Below are positions 53,761-63,698 of a stretch of DNA of 64,000 bases, piece after piece. The notes under the pieces were generated by a model that was not told the DNA's origin, did no database searches, and saw only the letters and a list, made by a program, of their open reading frames with translations. Position numbers and translations under genes: made by a program. This DNA is from an uncultured Gammaproteobacteria bacterium. Lineage in GTDB: Bacteria; Pseudomonadota; Gammaproteobacteria; CAWCPV01. How positions within the stretch are numbered: position 1 is the stretch's first letter; each line of letters opens with the position of its first letter. The DNA lies in assembly GCA_963797555.1 (NCBI GenBank), contig CAWCPV010000010.1, forward strand, positions 64,001 through 128,000, read 5' to 3'.

Positions 53761-56601
53761 ATGTCACCACCGATGGTCAGCAACGAAGCGCCTGGGAACC
53801 CGCATGAGGCGACCGCGCGCGAGGTGCTCGGGATCGCGCAGCGGCTCGCGGACGAGCTGCACGCACGCGGGGAGCCAGGCAGGCGGCTTTCCCTGGATAG
53901 CTCCCTGGACCGCGACGCGGGCCTGGACAGCCTGGCCAGGATGGAGCTCACCCTGCGCCTGGAACGCACGTTCGAGGTCAAGCTGCCCGAGGACCTGTTT
54001 GCAGCCGCGGAGACCCCACGAGACTTGGCGCAGGCCATCCTGGAAGCCAGCGCCGGCAGCGGCGGCGTCGCGCCCCCGAGGGCGGCGGAAGCGCCGCTGC
54101 CGGAGGCCGACGCACTGCCGGGGGAGGTGGGCAGCTTGGTGGGGGTCCTGAGCTGGCACGTGCAGCGCCATCCCGACAGACCGCACATCCACCTTTACGG
54201 CGAGGCCGGGCGAGAGCATCAAATCACCTATGCCGACCTGTGGCGCGCTGCCAGCACAGCCGCGGCCGGTTTGCAGAAGCGGGACGTCAACCCTGGTCAG
54301 GCGGTCGCCATCATGCTCCCAACCGGTCCGGGCTTCTTCCATGCCTTCTTCGCTGCACTGCTGGTCGGTGCGGTGCCGGTCCCGATTTACCCGCCGGTGC
54401 GTCTTTCCCAGATCGAGGAACATGTGCGGCGCCAGGCGGGCATCCTGAGCAACGCCCAGGCACGTATCCTCATTAGCGACGAATCCGTGCGCCAGGCCGC
54501 ACGCCTGCTCCGTCTGCAGGTTGCGGGTCTGCGTGCCGTGGTGACGGTCGCCGAGCTGTCTGAGGCCGGCGCGGCCTCCGCCCTGCCCGTAATCCATCCC
54601 AGCGACACGGCCTTGCTCCAGTACACCTCCGGGAGCACCGGCAACCCGAAGGGCGTGGTCCTGACGCATGCTAACCTCTTGGCGAACATCAGGGCCATGG
54701 GGAAGGCGGCGCAGGCCCGCTCCACCGATGTGTTCGTGAGCTGGTTGCCCCTTTATCACGACATGGGTCTCATCGGTGCTTGGCTTGGCAGTCTCTATCA
54801 TGCGGCCTTGTTCGTTTGTATGTCCCCATTGCGGTTCCTCGGCCGCCCCGAACATTGGCTATGGGCCATCCACCGTCACCGCGGCACGCTTTCCGCCGCG
54901 CCCAACTTCGGCTACGAGCTGTGTGTGCGCCGCATCGAAGACGCGGCTCTCGAGGGGCTGGACCTCAGCTCCTGGCGCCTCGCATTCAACGGCGCGGAGT
55001 CCGTGAGCCCGGACACTCTCACCCAATTCGCTCGCCGCTTCGAGAAGTACGGCCTGCTCCCGGAAGCGATGGCGCCGGTCTATGGCCTGGCCGAGTCGTC
55101 CGTCGGACTGGCCTTCCCTCCCCTTGGGCGCAAGCCGCTGATAGACCGCATCCAGCGCACCCCCTTCACGCGCCGTGGTGAGGCCATTCCAGCGGCCGAG
55201 GACGAGCCCGATCCACTGCGTTTCGTAGCCTGCGGCCAGCCCCTGGCCGGTCACGAGATTCGCATCGTGGATGCGGCGGGAAGGGAGCTGGGCGATCGTC
55301 GCGAGGGCCGGCTGGAGTTCCGCGGACCCTCCGCGGCCTCGGGCTATTACCGTAACCCTGGGGCGACACGCCGGCTGGTTCGTCACGGCTGGTTCGACTC
55401 CGGCGACATGGCTTACGTCGCCGAGGGGGAGGTGTACATCACGGGGCGCGCCAAGGACCTCATTATCCGCGCGGGGCGCAACCTCTACCCTTTCGAGCTG
55501 GAGGAAGCGGTAGGGAACCTCCCGGGAATCCGCAAGGGATGTGTGGCCGTCTTCGCGAGCAAGGACGAGCGCAGCGGTACGGAGCGACTGGTCATCCTGG
55601 CGGAGACGCGCGAAACGGACCCCGCCACCCGCGAGCCTCTCCGGGCGCAAATCCAGGACCTCGCCGTCGAATTGGCCGGAACGCCGGCCGACGACATCGT
55701 CCTGGCTGCCCCGCACACGGTGCTGAAGACCTCCAGCGGCAAGATCCGCCGCGCGGCGAGCCGCGAGTTATACGAACGGGGAGGCGCCGTGCATCGTGCA
55801 GTGTGGTGGCAGCTCCTGCGCCTCGCTCTCGGCAGCTTCCTGCCCCGCTGGCGTCGCGCTCAGCGGCTCATCTCCGACGGCCTTTACGCGGCCTACCTCT
55901 GGGGGGTGTTCTGGATCTTGACACCCCCGGTGTGGCTCGTTGTCGCCGTGCTCCCCCGCCCGCCTTGGGCTCAGCGTGCCTTGCGCGCAGCCGCCCGCCT
56001 CGCGCTGTGGCTGTCCTGTGCCGCCCTTCGGGTGCGCGGCCTGGACCGCCTGCCGCGCCAGGGCGGCTACGTGATGGTCGCCAACCACGCTAGCTACCTG
56101 GACGGAATAGTGTTATCCGCCGCGCTGCCCGTGGCCTTCAGCTTCGTCGCCAAGAAGGAGCTGGAGCGCAGCTTCGTCTCGCGCATCTTCCTGCAGCATA
56201 TCGGCAGCCGGTTCGTCGAGCGCTTCGACCCCCGCCAAGGAGTGGAGGACGCATCGCGGGTGCTGGATGTGATCCACGGCGGCACGCCCGTGCTGTTTTT
56301 CCCAGAGGGGACTTTTCTGCGCATGCCGGGACTGCTCCCTTTTCACATGGGGGCATTCGCTGCGGCGGCGGACCAGAACGTGCCCGTGCTGCCCGTTGCG
56401 CTCAAGGGGACGCGCTCCATGCTGCGTTCCGGACAGTGGTTTCCGCGTCGATCCGCGCTGACGGTGACCATCGGCCAGCCCCTCTTCCCGGAGGGCTCCG
56501 ACTGGTCGGCCGCGGTGAAGCTCCGGGACGCGGCGCGGAGCGAGATCCTCAAGTACTGCGGTGAGCCCGAGCTGCGCGGGGGCGGGGGAAACACGTGGTG
56601 A
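53761..56601 (+). CDS. ACP + fatty acyl-AMP ligase + PlsC-type acyltransferase fusion
   Basis: GLDSL (phosphopantetheine Ser), YTSGSTGNPKG, WLPLYHDMGL, YGLAE, KTSSGKIRR, TM segment, NHASYLD, FPEGT. Confidence 0.9.
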   Translation: MSPPMVSNEAPGNPHEATAREVLGIAQRLADELHARGEPGRRLSLDSSLDRDAGLDSLARMELTLRLERTFEVKLPEDLFAAAETPRDLAQAILEASAGSGGVAPPRAAEAPLPEADALPGEVGSLVGVLSWHVQRHPDRPHIHLYGEAGREHQITYADLWRAASTAAAGLQKRDVNPGQAVAIMLPTGPGFFHAFFAALLVGAVPVPIYPPVRLSQIEEHVRRQAGILSNAQARILISDESVRQAARLLRLQVAGLRAVVTVAELSEAGAASALPVIHPSDTALLQYTSGSTGNPKGVVLTHANLLANIRAMGKAAQARSTDVFVSWLPLYHDMGLIGAWLGSLYHAALFVCMSPLRFLGRPEHWLWAIHRHRGTLSAAPNFGYELCVRRIEDAALEGLDLSSWRLAFNGAESVSPDTLTQFARRFEKYGLLPEAMAPVYGLAESSVGLAFPPLGRKPLIDRIQRTPFTRRGEAIPAAEDEPDPLRFVACGQPLAGHEIRIVDAAGRELGDRREGRLEFRGPSAASGYYRNPGATRRLVRHGWFDSGDMAYVAEGEVYITGRAKDLIIRAGRNLYPFELEEAVGNLPGIRKGCVAVFASKDERSGTERLVILAETRETDPATREPLRAQIQDLAVELAGTPADDIVLAAPHTVLKTSSGKIRRAASRELYERGGAVHRAVWWQLLRLALGSFLPRWRRAQRLISDGLYAAYLWGVFWILTPPVWLVVAVLPRPPWAQRALRAAARLALWLSCAALRVRGLDRLPRQGGYVMVANHASYLDGIVLSAALPVAFSFVAKKELERSFVSRIFLQHIGSRFVERFDPRQGVEDASRVLDVIHGGTPVLFFPEGTFLRMPGLLPFHMGAFAAAADQNVPVLPVALKGTRSMLRSGQWFPRRSALTVTIGQPLFPEGSDWSAAVKLRDAARSEILKYCGEPELRGGGGNTW

Positions 56602-56664
56602 CCCCGTGCAGGTAAAATCCTGCGCGGAAGGGCCGGCGCCACGCGACAAGGGAGGGCTGAGGCG

Positions 56665-58875
56665 ATGAGCAGGCAGATGCCGACGGCGGCGGGCTACGAC
56701 TCCCCGGTCTCCCACCGCGAGGAGGACCTGCTGGACCGATGGCGATTCGCGTCCGAGCTGCTCGAGCTGGTGCGCGACGCCCCGGAAGAGTGGTCGGTGC
56801 GGGTCGGGGTGTACGGGCAGTGGGGGGAGGGCAAGACCAGCGTGCTCAAATTCCTGGAGAGCATGGCGTTCGGCGAGGGCCACATCGTCATCTGGTTCAA
56901 TCCCTGGGCAGCCCGCGATCGCAACGAGCTGTGGCTCGAGTTCGTGACGCGTCTGGTGGAGCGGCTCGAGGAGGCGAAGATCGTGGTGGACGGCGTGTTC
57001 AAGCCACGGTGGAAGACGGCGTGGCATAGACTCCTCGAACCGTTCGTGGAGCTGCGCGAGCGTCCGGCGGATTTCCAGGACTTCGCCCGGACCGCCCTCG
57101 GCGGCAGTCTCTCGCTGGTAGGCAATATCCTGCGCATCGATGGCGGGACCCTGAAGAACATCCGCGCGGCCCTCGGCGACAAGCGCGTCATCGTCATCGT
57201 GGACGACCTCGATCGGGCCGACCCGCGGCTCATTCCCCATCTGCTGCTGACGTTGCGTGAGGTGCTCGACATTCCCGGCTTCTCCTTCGTTCTGGCCTTC
57301 GACGCCGAGATGGTGGCCCGCGCGCTCAGCGACTACCACACCGCCTGGGCGACGGGGTTCGAGTTCCTGGAGAAGATCATCGACTTCCCCATGTACCTGC
57401 CGCCCTTATCGGCATCTCAGCGCAAGCGGCTGCTGCTCAAGGAGCTGGGGCACTGCTGCGCATTCGTGGATTCCGCGGTGCTCGACGAGGTCGATGATCT
57501 GCTTCCCTATAACCCCCGCAAGCTCAAACTGCTGCTGCGCAGCTTATCGCTGCTGAGGAGTCAGGTAGAGCGTCACGACGCAGACGAGCTGGATTGGGTC
57601 TCCATCCTGATTTCCCAGCTCATCAAGCTGGAATCCGAGGCATTCCTGAAGCAGTTCGTCGCCGACCCGCTCTGCGAGGAGATGGTCATCTTAGGGAGAC
57701 ATCGTACCCCTGGGGACGAGCCGGCGGCAGAGGCGGCCGCGCAGGCGTTGGACGCGTTTCTGGACGGTCTGGACATCCGAGATGGCGGCCGCCGCTCGCG
57801 TCTCAAGAACCTCATCGCGGCGTGGGAGACGCGCAATGCGCTGGAATCCGTAGAGGCGCTGCGTTATCAAGTGCAGCTCACGGATCGACCCCACGCGGTG
57901 ACCTGGAAAGAGTTCCGCGGCTTCTTCCTGAATCACTGGAAGCCCGAAAAACGGGTCTCGGACGTTGACTCCTGGGTGACCAGCCAGGCGACGCACCGCT
58001 CCACTTCAGAGGCGGAAGTGGCCGCGCAGCTTTACGATACCGCGCTCATGTACCGGGAAGATGCGCTCCTGCGCGCTGCGGAGTCCACCGAGCTGAACGA
58101 GCAGGAGGAGGCCCTTAGCGACGCCGCCACCTGCCTGGACTTGATCCAGGCGCTGTGGACGGAGGGGATCGAGTGCGTCGGGGATGCGTTCTTTGCCACC
58201 GCCGACAATCTCGAGGCCGTCCTCGACATGGCCGAGCGTTGGCTTGCCGTGCACGAGGGCCCTGGCGAGGTCGCGAGCCGGGAGCAGGAACGCAGGCTCC
58301 TGGTCCGCTGCGTGAGCATGGAGCCCCTCGATCCGGCACCCCTGTTGGAGGCGATCCGACCGTGGCACGGAATGGGCTTGTCCCCGGCGGCCGCTAACCT
58401 CAGGGAGGAACTGGCGGCGTGCCTGGAACCCCGCGTCGCCCGTGAGGTGCTTAACCTCTTCGGTCAGAAAGCTGGACTGTCCCGATTACGCGAGGCCGGC
58501 AAGAAACAGGCATACAAGTATGTGCTGCTGCGTCTTTCCAGTCCGTTGTGGATGGTTCCCTTGCGCGATCGGTTATTCGACCTCTTTGCCCAGGCAGGCC
58601 GTGACACCGTGGTCCACAAGAACTGCCTGGATCTGCTCGCGCTTCTGTGCGATGCCAGTCGGGGCGCGGTCGAGATGGTGGTACCGGATCAGATTCGGGA
58701 TCTGCTCGCCGCCCGGGGGGTCATAGATACCCTCTGGCAGGCGGTCGTAGCGCGCAAGGTACGGGCCCGGGCGGCGGAGGCCATTCTTCGACGGCGGGAG
58801 TGCTTGCAAGCGATGGGGGTGCCTGACGCGTCCATGTCCCTGCCTCCGTGGCTCAGCCGTTATGCCGGCGCATGA
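56665..58875 (+). CDS. KAP-family P-loop NTPase with a long unassigned C-terminal region
   Basis: DSP...DLL.R, Walker A GQWGEGKTS, FNPW, Walker B VIVDDLDR, FLEKIIDFP, NPRKLK. Confidence 0.88.
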   Translation: MSRQMPTAAGYDSPVSHREEDLLDRWRFASELLELVRDAPEEWSVRVGVYGQWGEGKTSVLKFLESMAFGEGHIVIWFNPWAARDRNELWLEFVTRLVERLEEAKIVVDGVFKPRWKTAWHRLLEPFVELRERPADFQDFARTALGGSLSLVGNILRIDGGTLKNIRAALGDKRVIVIVDDLDRADPRLIPHLLLTLREVLDIPGFSFVLAFDAEMVARALSDYHTAWATGFEFLEKIIDFPMYLPPLSASQRKRLLLKELGHCCAFVDSAVLDEVDDLLPYNPRKLKLLLRSLSLLRSQVERHDADELDWVSILISQLIKLESEAFLKQFVADPLCEEMVILGRHRTPGDEPAAEAAAQALDAFLDGLDIRDGGRRSRLKNLIAAWETRNALESVEALRYQVQLTDRPHAVTWKEFRGFFLNHWKPEKRVSDVDSWVTSQATHRSTSEAEVAAQLYDTALMYREDALLRAAESTELNEQEEALSDAATCLDLIQALWTEGIECVGDAFFATADNLEAVLDMAERWLAVHEGPGEVASREQERRLLVRCVSMEPLDPAPLLEAIRPWHGMGLSPAAANLREELAACLEPRVAREVLNLFGQKAGLSRLREAGKKQAYKYVLLRLSSPLWMVPLRDRLFDLFAQAGRDTVVHKNCLDLLALLCDASRGAVEMVVPDQIRDLLAARGVIDTLWQAVVARKVRARAAEAILRRRECLQAMGVPDASMSLPPWLSRYAGA

Positions 58876-59087
58876 GATCGCGGCGGGCGCGTCGAGCGGG
58901 TGATCGTTGGCAGGTCCGGGAGCCGCCATGTTGGCGCGACGTGAGAGGTCCCCTGCCGAGGAAGCGCTGGAAGGGGGTCTGTCCACCGCCCGAGTGGACT
59001 TGGAGGAGGCAGCCGCGCGGTCTATCGAAGGTTAGGATGCACTGGTCGAGCGCGTTGGCGTCGCAGCGACAATGAGAGGTGGGACGG

Positions 59088-59465
59088 ATGAGGCGTATGC
59101 AAGACTTGCTGAGGGAGTGGGAGCGCTCGGGTACGACGCCGCTGACTGCCAGGGAATATGCCGTGCGTCTGCCCATGCACGACGCTGCCAGACTTTGCGC
59201 CCTGGCGGAGATGTACCCCGGGAGAACCCCGGTGCAGATCATCACCGACCTCCTGTCGTGCGCGCTGGATGAAGTGGAGCAGGCATTCCCGTATCGCCCT
59301 GGGGAGCGCGTCATCGCGGAGGACGAGAACGGCGATCCAATATACGAGGACACTGGTCCTACGCCCCGCTTCCTGGAGCTGACGCGAAACCACGCCCGCG
59401 AGCTGGCCGCGGAGCTGGGGATCGCTGCGCCGCCCGAGGACAGTAGCGGCGCCGCGGAAGAGTGA
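59088..59465 (+). CDS. Conserved hypothetical protein with a ribbon-helix-helix-like core
   Basis: YAVRLPMHDAARLCALAEMYPGRT...IITDLLSCAL, then PY..G..VIAEDENGDPIYEDTGPTPRF; recognised from memory as a gammaproteobacterial family. Confidence 0.75.
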   Translation: MRRMQDLLREWERSGTTPLTAREYAVRLPMHDAARLCALAEMYPGRTPVQIITDLLSCALDEVEQAFPYRPGERVIAEDENGDPIYEDTGPTPRFLELTRNHARELAAELGIAAPPEDSSGAAEE

Positions 59466-59476
59466 CGCGGTTTCCG

Positions 59477-60001
59477 TCAATCGCGCGGGTGTGCCGTGCG
59501 CCACCGCCAGGGTGCTTGCTGCAGCCCCGGCCTTGACCAGATGCCGCGGCGTGCTCCCCGCGCCTCGCGTCGCGCGCGGTAATACGTGCGGTCGCTGTTG
59601 TAGCGCTGGTACACAGCGACGTAGCCTTCGCGTACCAGTTGCAGACCAATATCCTGCTCTCGTCGGTAGAGGCGGCCGACCACGCGCCCGTAGCGATCCC
59701 TATCGACGGGCTCCAAGATGACGCGGCCGGCCGCGAGCTGGTGCAAGCGTCGGTAAGCCCGTTCTCCCCAGGGTTCCTGCCCGAGCTCCGGGGCATCGAT
59801 CCCCCACAAGCGCACCTCCACGGGAGACCCATCTCGAGGGCCGCAGGTCAAAGTCAGGCTGTCTCCGTCCCGGACGCGCAGAACCGAACAGGCCTCTCTT
59901 GCCGGCAAGCGAGCCTCGCAGTTCCCGAGCAGCGCCAAGCCGAGTACTAGCCCCAGCGCGACTGCGGTGTGGGGTCGCCGGGGTTGGAGAGACCGCCTCA
60001 T
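59477..60001 (-). CDS. Thermonuclease (SNase-like) family protein, probably exported
   Basis: VRDGDS, VRLWGIDAPE, DRYGR, LVREG, EARGARRGIWS; N-terminal hydrophobic segment. Confidence 0.9.
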   Translation of the reverse strand: MRRSLQPRRPHTAVALGLVLGLALLGNCEARLPAREACSVLRVRDGDSLTLTCGPRDGSPVEVRLWGIDAPELGQEPWGERAYRRLHQLAAGRVILEPVDRDRYGRVVGRLYRREQDIGLQLVREGYVAVYQRYNSDRTYYRARREARGARRGIWSRPGLQQAPWRWRTAHPRD

Positions 60002-60195
60002 CGTTGCGACACGGAGAAGCGCCCGGCCTCGGTGGGTGACGGGGGCGCAGCCGCTCTGCTGGAAGTTCAGGGACGCGGGGACGTTGATGAGGCGCATGCT
60101 AAGATTGTACCCGGGGATTGCGGAACCTGGGGGGCCGCGGACAGCAGTTGGGGCCGACTCCGGGGGAGGGCTAGCGCGCCACAGCGCCGTAACTC

Positions 60196-62334
60196 ATGGG
60201 GACGCCACACTTCGCATTGCCGAGCACCGCGCCTTCCGCCGGTTCAGAGCCGCAAGGGTTGATCGAGCGTGCGATGGAGTTCTCGCGCCAAGCGGGTGCT
60301 ACCGACGCATCACTGACGGACGCGCACGCCGTCGCGCAGATCGTCTCGGAGCTGCGCCTGGACCCGGAGGTCCTCGCCGCGGCGGTCCTGTCCGTGGCGC
60401 TCCGGGGCCGTGATGTGTCCGCCGAGGCCGTGCGTGCATCCTTCGGGCCAGGCGTGGCGAAGCTGGTGGACGGGGTGTCGCGGATGGGCTTCCTGCACGA
60501 GATCGTGCTCCAGCCCGCCCACGCGGGTGCGGCTCACCTCGAGAACCTACGCAAGATGCTGCTCGCCATGGCGGAGGACGTGCGCGTGGTGCTCATCAAG
60601 TTGGCCGAGCGCGTGCATGTCATGCGTAGCCTCAAGCACCGGCCTGCGGAGCAGCGCGAGGCGGCTGCCCGGGAGACCTTGAGCATTTTCGCGCCGCTCG
60701 CCAACCGGCTGGGCATCGGCCAGGTCAAATGGGAGCTGGAAGATGTGGCTTTCCGCTACCTGGAGCCAGAGCGTTACAAGTACATCGCGGGCCTGCTGGA
60801 TGAACGCCGTGTCGACCGCGAGCGGTATGTCGCAGGCGTGGTCAAGCGCCTGCGAGCAGAACTCGCCGAGGTGGGCCTCCGGGCCGAGGTCACCGGACGT
60901 CCGAAACACATTTACAGCATCTGGCGCAAGATGCAGCGCAAGGCGGTGGACTTCCATCAGCTCTCTGACGTGCGCGCGGTGCGGATACTCGTGGACCAGG
61001 TCAGCGACTGTTACGCGGCCCTGGGGGTGGTGCACACGCTCTGGCCGCACATCGCTGGCGAGTTCGACGACTACATCGCCACCCCGAAGGAGAACCAGTA
61101 TCGATCCTTGCACACCGCCGTTCGCGGGCCCGAGGGCAAGACCCTGGAGGTCCAGATCCGCACCTACGACATGAACCACCACGCCGAGCTGGGGGTCGCC
61201 GCCCACTGGCGTTACAAAGAGGGCAGCCACCATGATCCCGGCTACGAACGAAGGATTGCCTGGCTGCGTCAGCTACTGGACTGGAAGGGGGACCGCGATG
61301 AGGGCGGTGACCTGCTGGAGCAGTTCAAGGCCGAGGCATTCCACGATCGCGTTTACGTGCTGACGCCGCTGGGTGAGATCGTCGACCTGCCGCAGGGATC
61401 GACCCCCCTGGATTTCGCCTACCACATCCACACCCAGGTCGGACACCGCTGTCGCGGAGCGAAGGTCAACGGCCGCATCGTCCCGCTCAACTGCGAGTTG
61501 AAGAGTGGGGATGAAGTGGAGGTGCTGACCGCGAAGCAGGGCGCTCCCAGCCGGGACTGGCTGAGCCCCCACCTGGGCTACCTGAAAAGCTCCCGGGCCC
61601 GCGGTCGGGTACGGCACTGGTTCAAGCAGCAGGACCTGGACAACACTCAGGCCGCGGGCCGGGCGCTGTTGGATCGGGAACTGAGGCGTCTGGGCATGGC
61701 TGGCATGAGCTACGACAAGCTCGCGCAGCAGTCCGGCTTCGCCAAGCTGGATGATTTCCTGGCAGCCCTGGGACGGGGCGACATCACGGCCACGCAGGTG
61801 GCCGCCACGGCCCAGGGCCTGCTCAGACCCGTACCGTCCGCGCAGCCCCGGGCGACACCCCGTCCCCCACCCGATTCCGGGAGCGGCGCGTTGCGGGTGA
61901 ACGGCGTCGGAAACCTGCTCACCGCACTGGCGCGCTGCTGCACGCCCCTACCGGGCGACGCGGTCATTGGCTACATTACTCGCGGCCGCGGGGTTACCGT
62001 GCACCGGCGCGAATGCCCCAACATTCTGCGTCTTGGCGGAGCGGGTGACGGACGGCTGGTGGCCGTGGACTGGGGCGAAGAGCCATCCGCCAAGTACCCG
62101 GTCGATATCCGCGTCGATGCCATCGACCGCTCGGGCCTTCTGCGCGACATCACTGCCATCCTGGGGGACGAGAAAGTCAACGTGATCGCAGTCAACAGCC
62201 TGAGCGACAAAGAACAACATAGGGCAGCGATGCACCTGACGCTTGAGGTCGTCGATCTCTACCAACTCAGCCGGGTACTGGCACGAATCCACCAGGTGCC
62301 CAATGTCACCGACGCCCGCCGCTACACGGCTTGA
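60196..62334 (+). CDS. relA: (p)ppGpp synthetase RelA
   Basis: Degenerate HD domain, APLANRLG, RPKHIYSI, EFDD, EVQIRT, TGS (TPLDFAY), CC motif, ACT (DRSGLLRDI). Confidence 0.93.
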   Translation: MGTPHFALPSTAPSAGSEPQGLIERAMEFSRQAGATDASLTDAHAVAQIVSELRLDPEVLAAAVLSVALRGRDVSAEAVRASFGPGVAKLVDGVSRMGFLHEIVLQPAHAGAAHLENLRKMLLAMAEDVRVVLIKLAERVHVMRSLKHRPAEQREAAARETLSIFAPLANRLGIGQVKWELEDVAFRYLEPERYKYIAGLLDERRVDRERYVAGVVKRLRAELAEVGLRAEVTGRPKHIYSIWRKMQRKAVDFHQLSDVRAVRILVDQVSDCYAALGVVHTLWPHIAGEFDDYIATPKENQYRSLHTAVRGPEGKTLEVQIRTYDMNHHAELGVAAHWRYKEGSHHDPGYERRIAWLRQLLDWKGDRDEGGDLLEQFKAEAFHDRVYVLTPLGEIVDLPQGSTPLDFAYHIHTQVGHRCRGAKVNGRIVPLNCELKSGDEVEVLTAKQGAPSRDWLSPHLGYLKSSRARGRVRHWFKQQDLDNTQAAGRALLDRELRRLGMAGMSYDKLAQQSGFAKLDDFLAALGRGDITATQVAATAQGLLRPVPSAQPRATPRPPPDSGSGALRVNGVGNLLTALARCCTPLPGDAVIGYITRGRGVTVHRRECPNILRLGGAGDGRLVAVDWGEEPSAKYPVDIRVDAIDRSGLLRDITAILGDEKVNVIAVNSLSDKEQHRAAMHLTLEVVDLYQLSRVLARIHQVPNVTDARRYTA

Positions 62335-62573
62335 CACGTTGGCGGCAGTCGTCCTCACGAGGCCCTTCCGCCTCATGGCCGGTGCCCGCGCCCTGGATGC
62401 GCGGGCTCGCGGCGATCCCGTGCGCTCCGCGCGGACGCGCCATGTGCGCTCTTGCGACGCGAGTCGCGTCGAACGCATGCATGGGGTTCTCATCTCAACG
62501 TGTTCGGACCAAAATCCATACGCTTCCTTTACATGCAAAACGCAACCAACTGAGAGGACGTGATCGATTGGCC

Positions 62574-62788
62574 CCGTCCACAGTCCCTGTGGATAACCTC
62601 GTGGATAGCCGGTGGGCGCGAGCCGCAGCGCGTTGCAACACCAAGTGCCTGTTTTCCCGGATAGACTCTCGACGTCCCGTAGAGAAGGCACGTCAAATCA
62701 GCGTGTTGCGGCGCTCTCGCGAAGCGGTTAGATGTTCGAACAACGCGAGTTTCGCTTTCCAGCGGGGACGCCATGGGGTTGTGCATAA
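62574..62788. promoter_or_regulatory. DnaA-box cluster with IHF consensus (DARS/datA-like element)
   Basis: CCGTCCACA (62574-82), N5, TGTGGATAA (62588-96), N3, CGTGGATAG (62600-08); AATCAGCGTGTTG (62696-708) fits WATCARNNNNTTR; TGTGCATAA (62780-88). Confidence 0.65.
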
Positions 62789-63169
62789 CTGGGACGGGTC
62801 GGTCGTGGCCTGATGTGCGACGCGTCCTTCCAAACGCTTGACAGCAGCCACCTTTTTGGCGAAAGCGGGAACGGCAGGACCGCGGCGGCTCGATAGAGTT
62901 AGAATCGCAACCCACGTCATCGCTCTGGACGATGGCCAGGACGCCGAACCAGGCTTGTTGGATGGTTATGTCGCCGCACCACGATCGCAGCTTTGTCAGC
63001 GGAACTGACGGGTGCGGCCCTGGGCTGACCTCGCCCCTGTGGTCTGGCTGCGCTATGCTACCTGGTCCCGATGGGCGCCGGCGGGTCCGCGCGGGGCAAG
63101 TTGTCCGGCAGAGATCGGTAGCGTGTGGCGCTGGTCGGAGAGACGTGGTCCCCGAAGGAGCAGGCTGTG

Positions 63170-63589
63170 GTGAAGAGCTATCGCAAGGAGCTGTGGTTCG
63201 ACACGCCCACTCGGTTCGCTTTCATCAATATCACTTCCCAAGTGCAGGAGTGCCTGCGCGAGAGCGGTGTCGCCGACGGGCTCGTGCTGGTCAACGCCAT
63301 GCACATCACCGCGTCGGTGTTCATAAACGACGACGAGTCCGGCTTACACCAGGATTACACCGCATGGCTGGAGAAGCTCGCGCCCCACGATCCGGTTCGC
63401 CAATACCGCCACAACGACACTGGCGAGGATAACGCCGATGCACACATGAAGCGCCAAATCATGGGACGCGAGGTGGTTGTCGCGGCCACCGCCGGTAAAC
63501 TGGACTTCGGTCCGTGGGAGCAGATCTTTTACGGCGAATTCGACGGGGGTCGCCGCAAACGGGTGTTGGTGAAGATTATCGGGGACTAG
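63170..63589 (+). CDS. yjbQ: YjbQ/UPF0047 family protein
   Basis: [13 protein letters not shown]...[23 protein letters not shown]; AAGGAG RBS. Confidence 0.9.
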   Translation: MKSYRKELWFDTPTRFAFINITSQVQECLRESGVADGLVLVNAMHITASVFINDDESGLHQDYTAWLEKLAPHDPVRQYRHNDTGEDNADAHMKRQIMGREVVVAATAGKLDFGPWEQIFYGEFDGGRRKRVLVKIIGD

Positions 63590-63698
63590 GCGGCCCGCCG
63601 ATAACGAGGGAGCGGCGGCGCGTCGGGAGTCCGCGCCGGCTTCGCCCGTAGTCACGGGAGACCCATCTTTCCAGAGATGACATGGAGGAGATAACGCT

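Noticed and set aside
62574-62788. Chromosomal origin oriC
   Set aside because: Few boxes, no evident DUE or DnaA-trio run, and none of the usual origin-flanking genes. Kept as DARS/datA-like instead.
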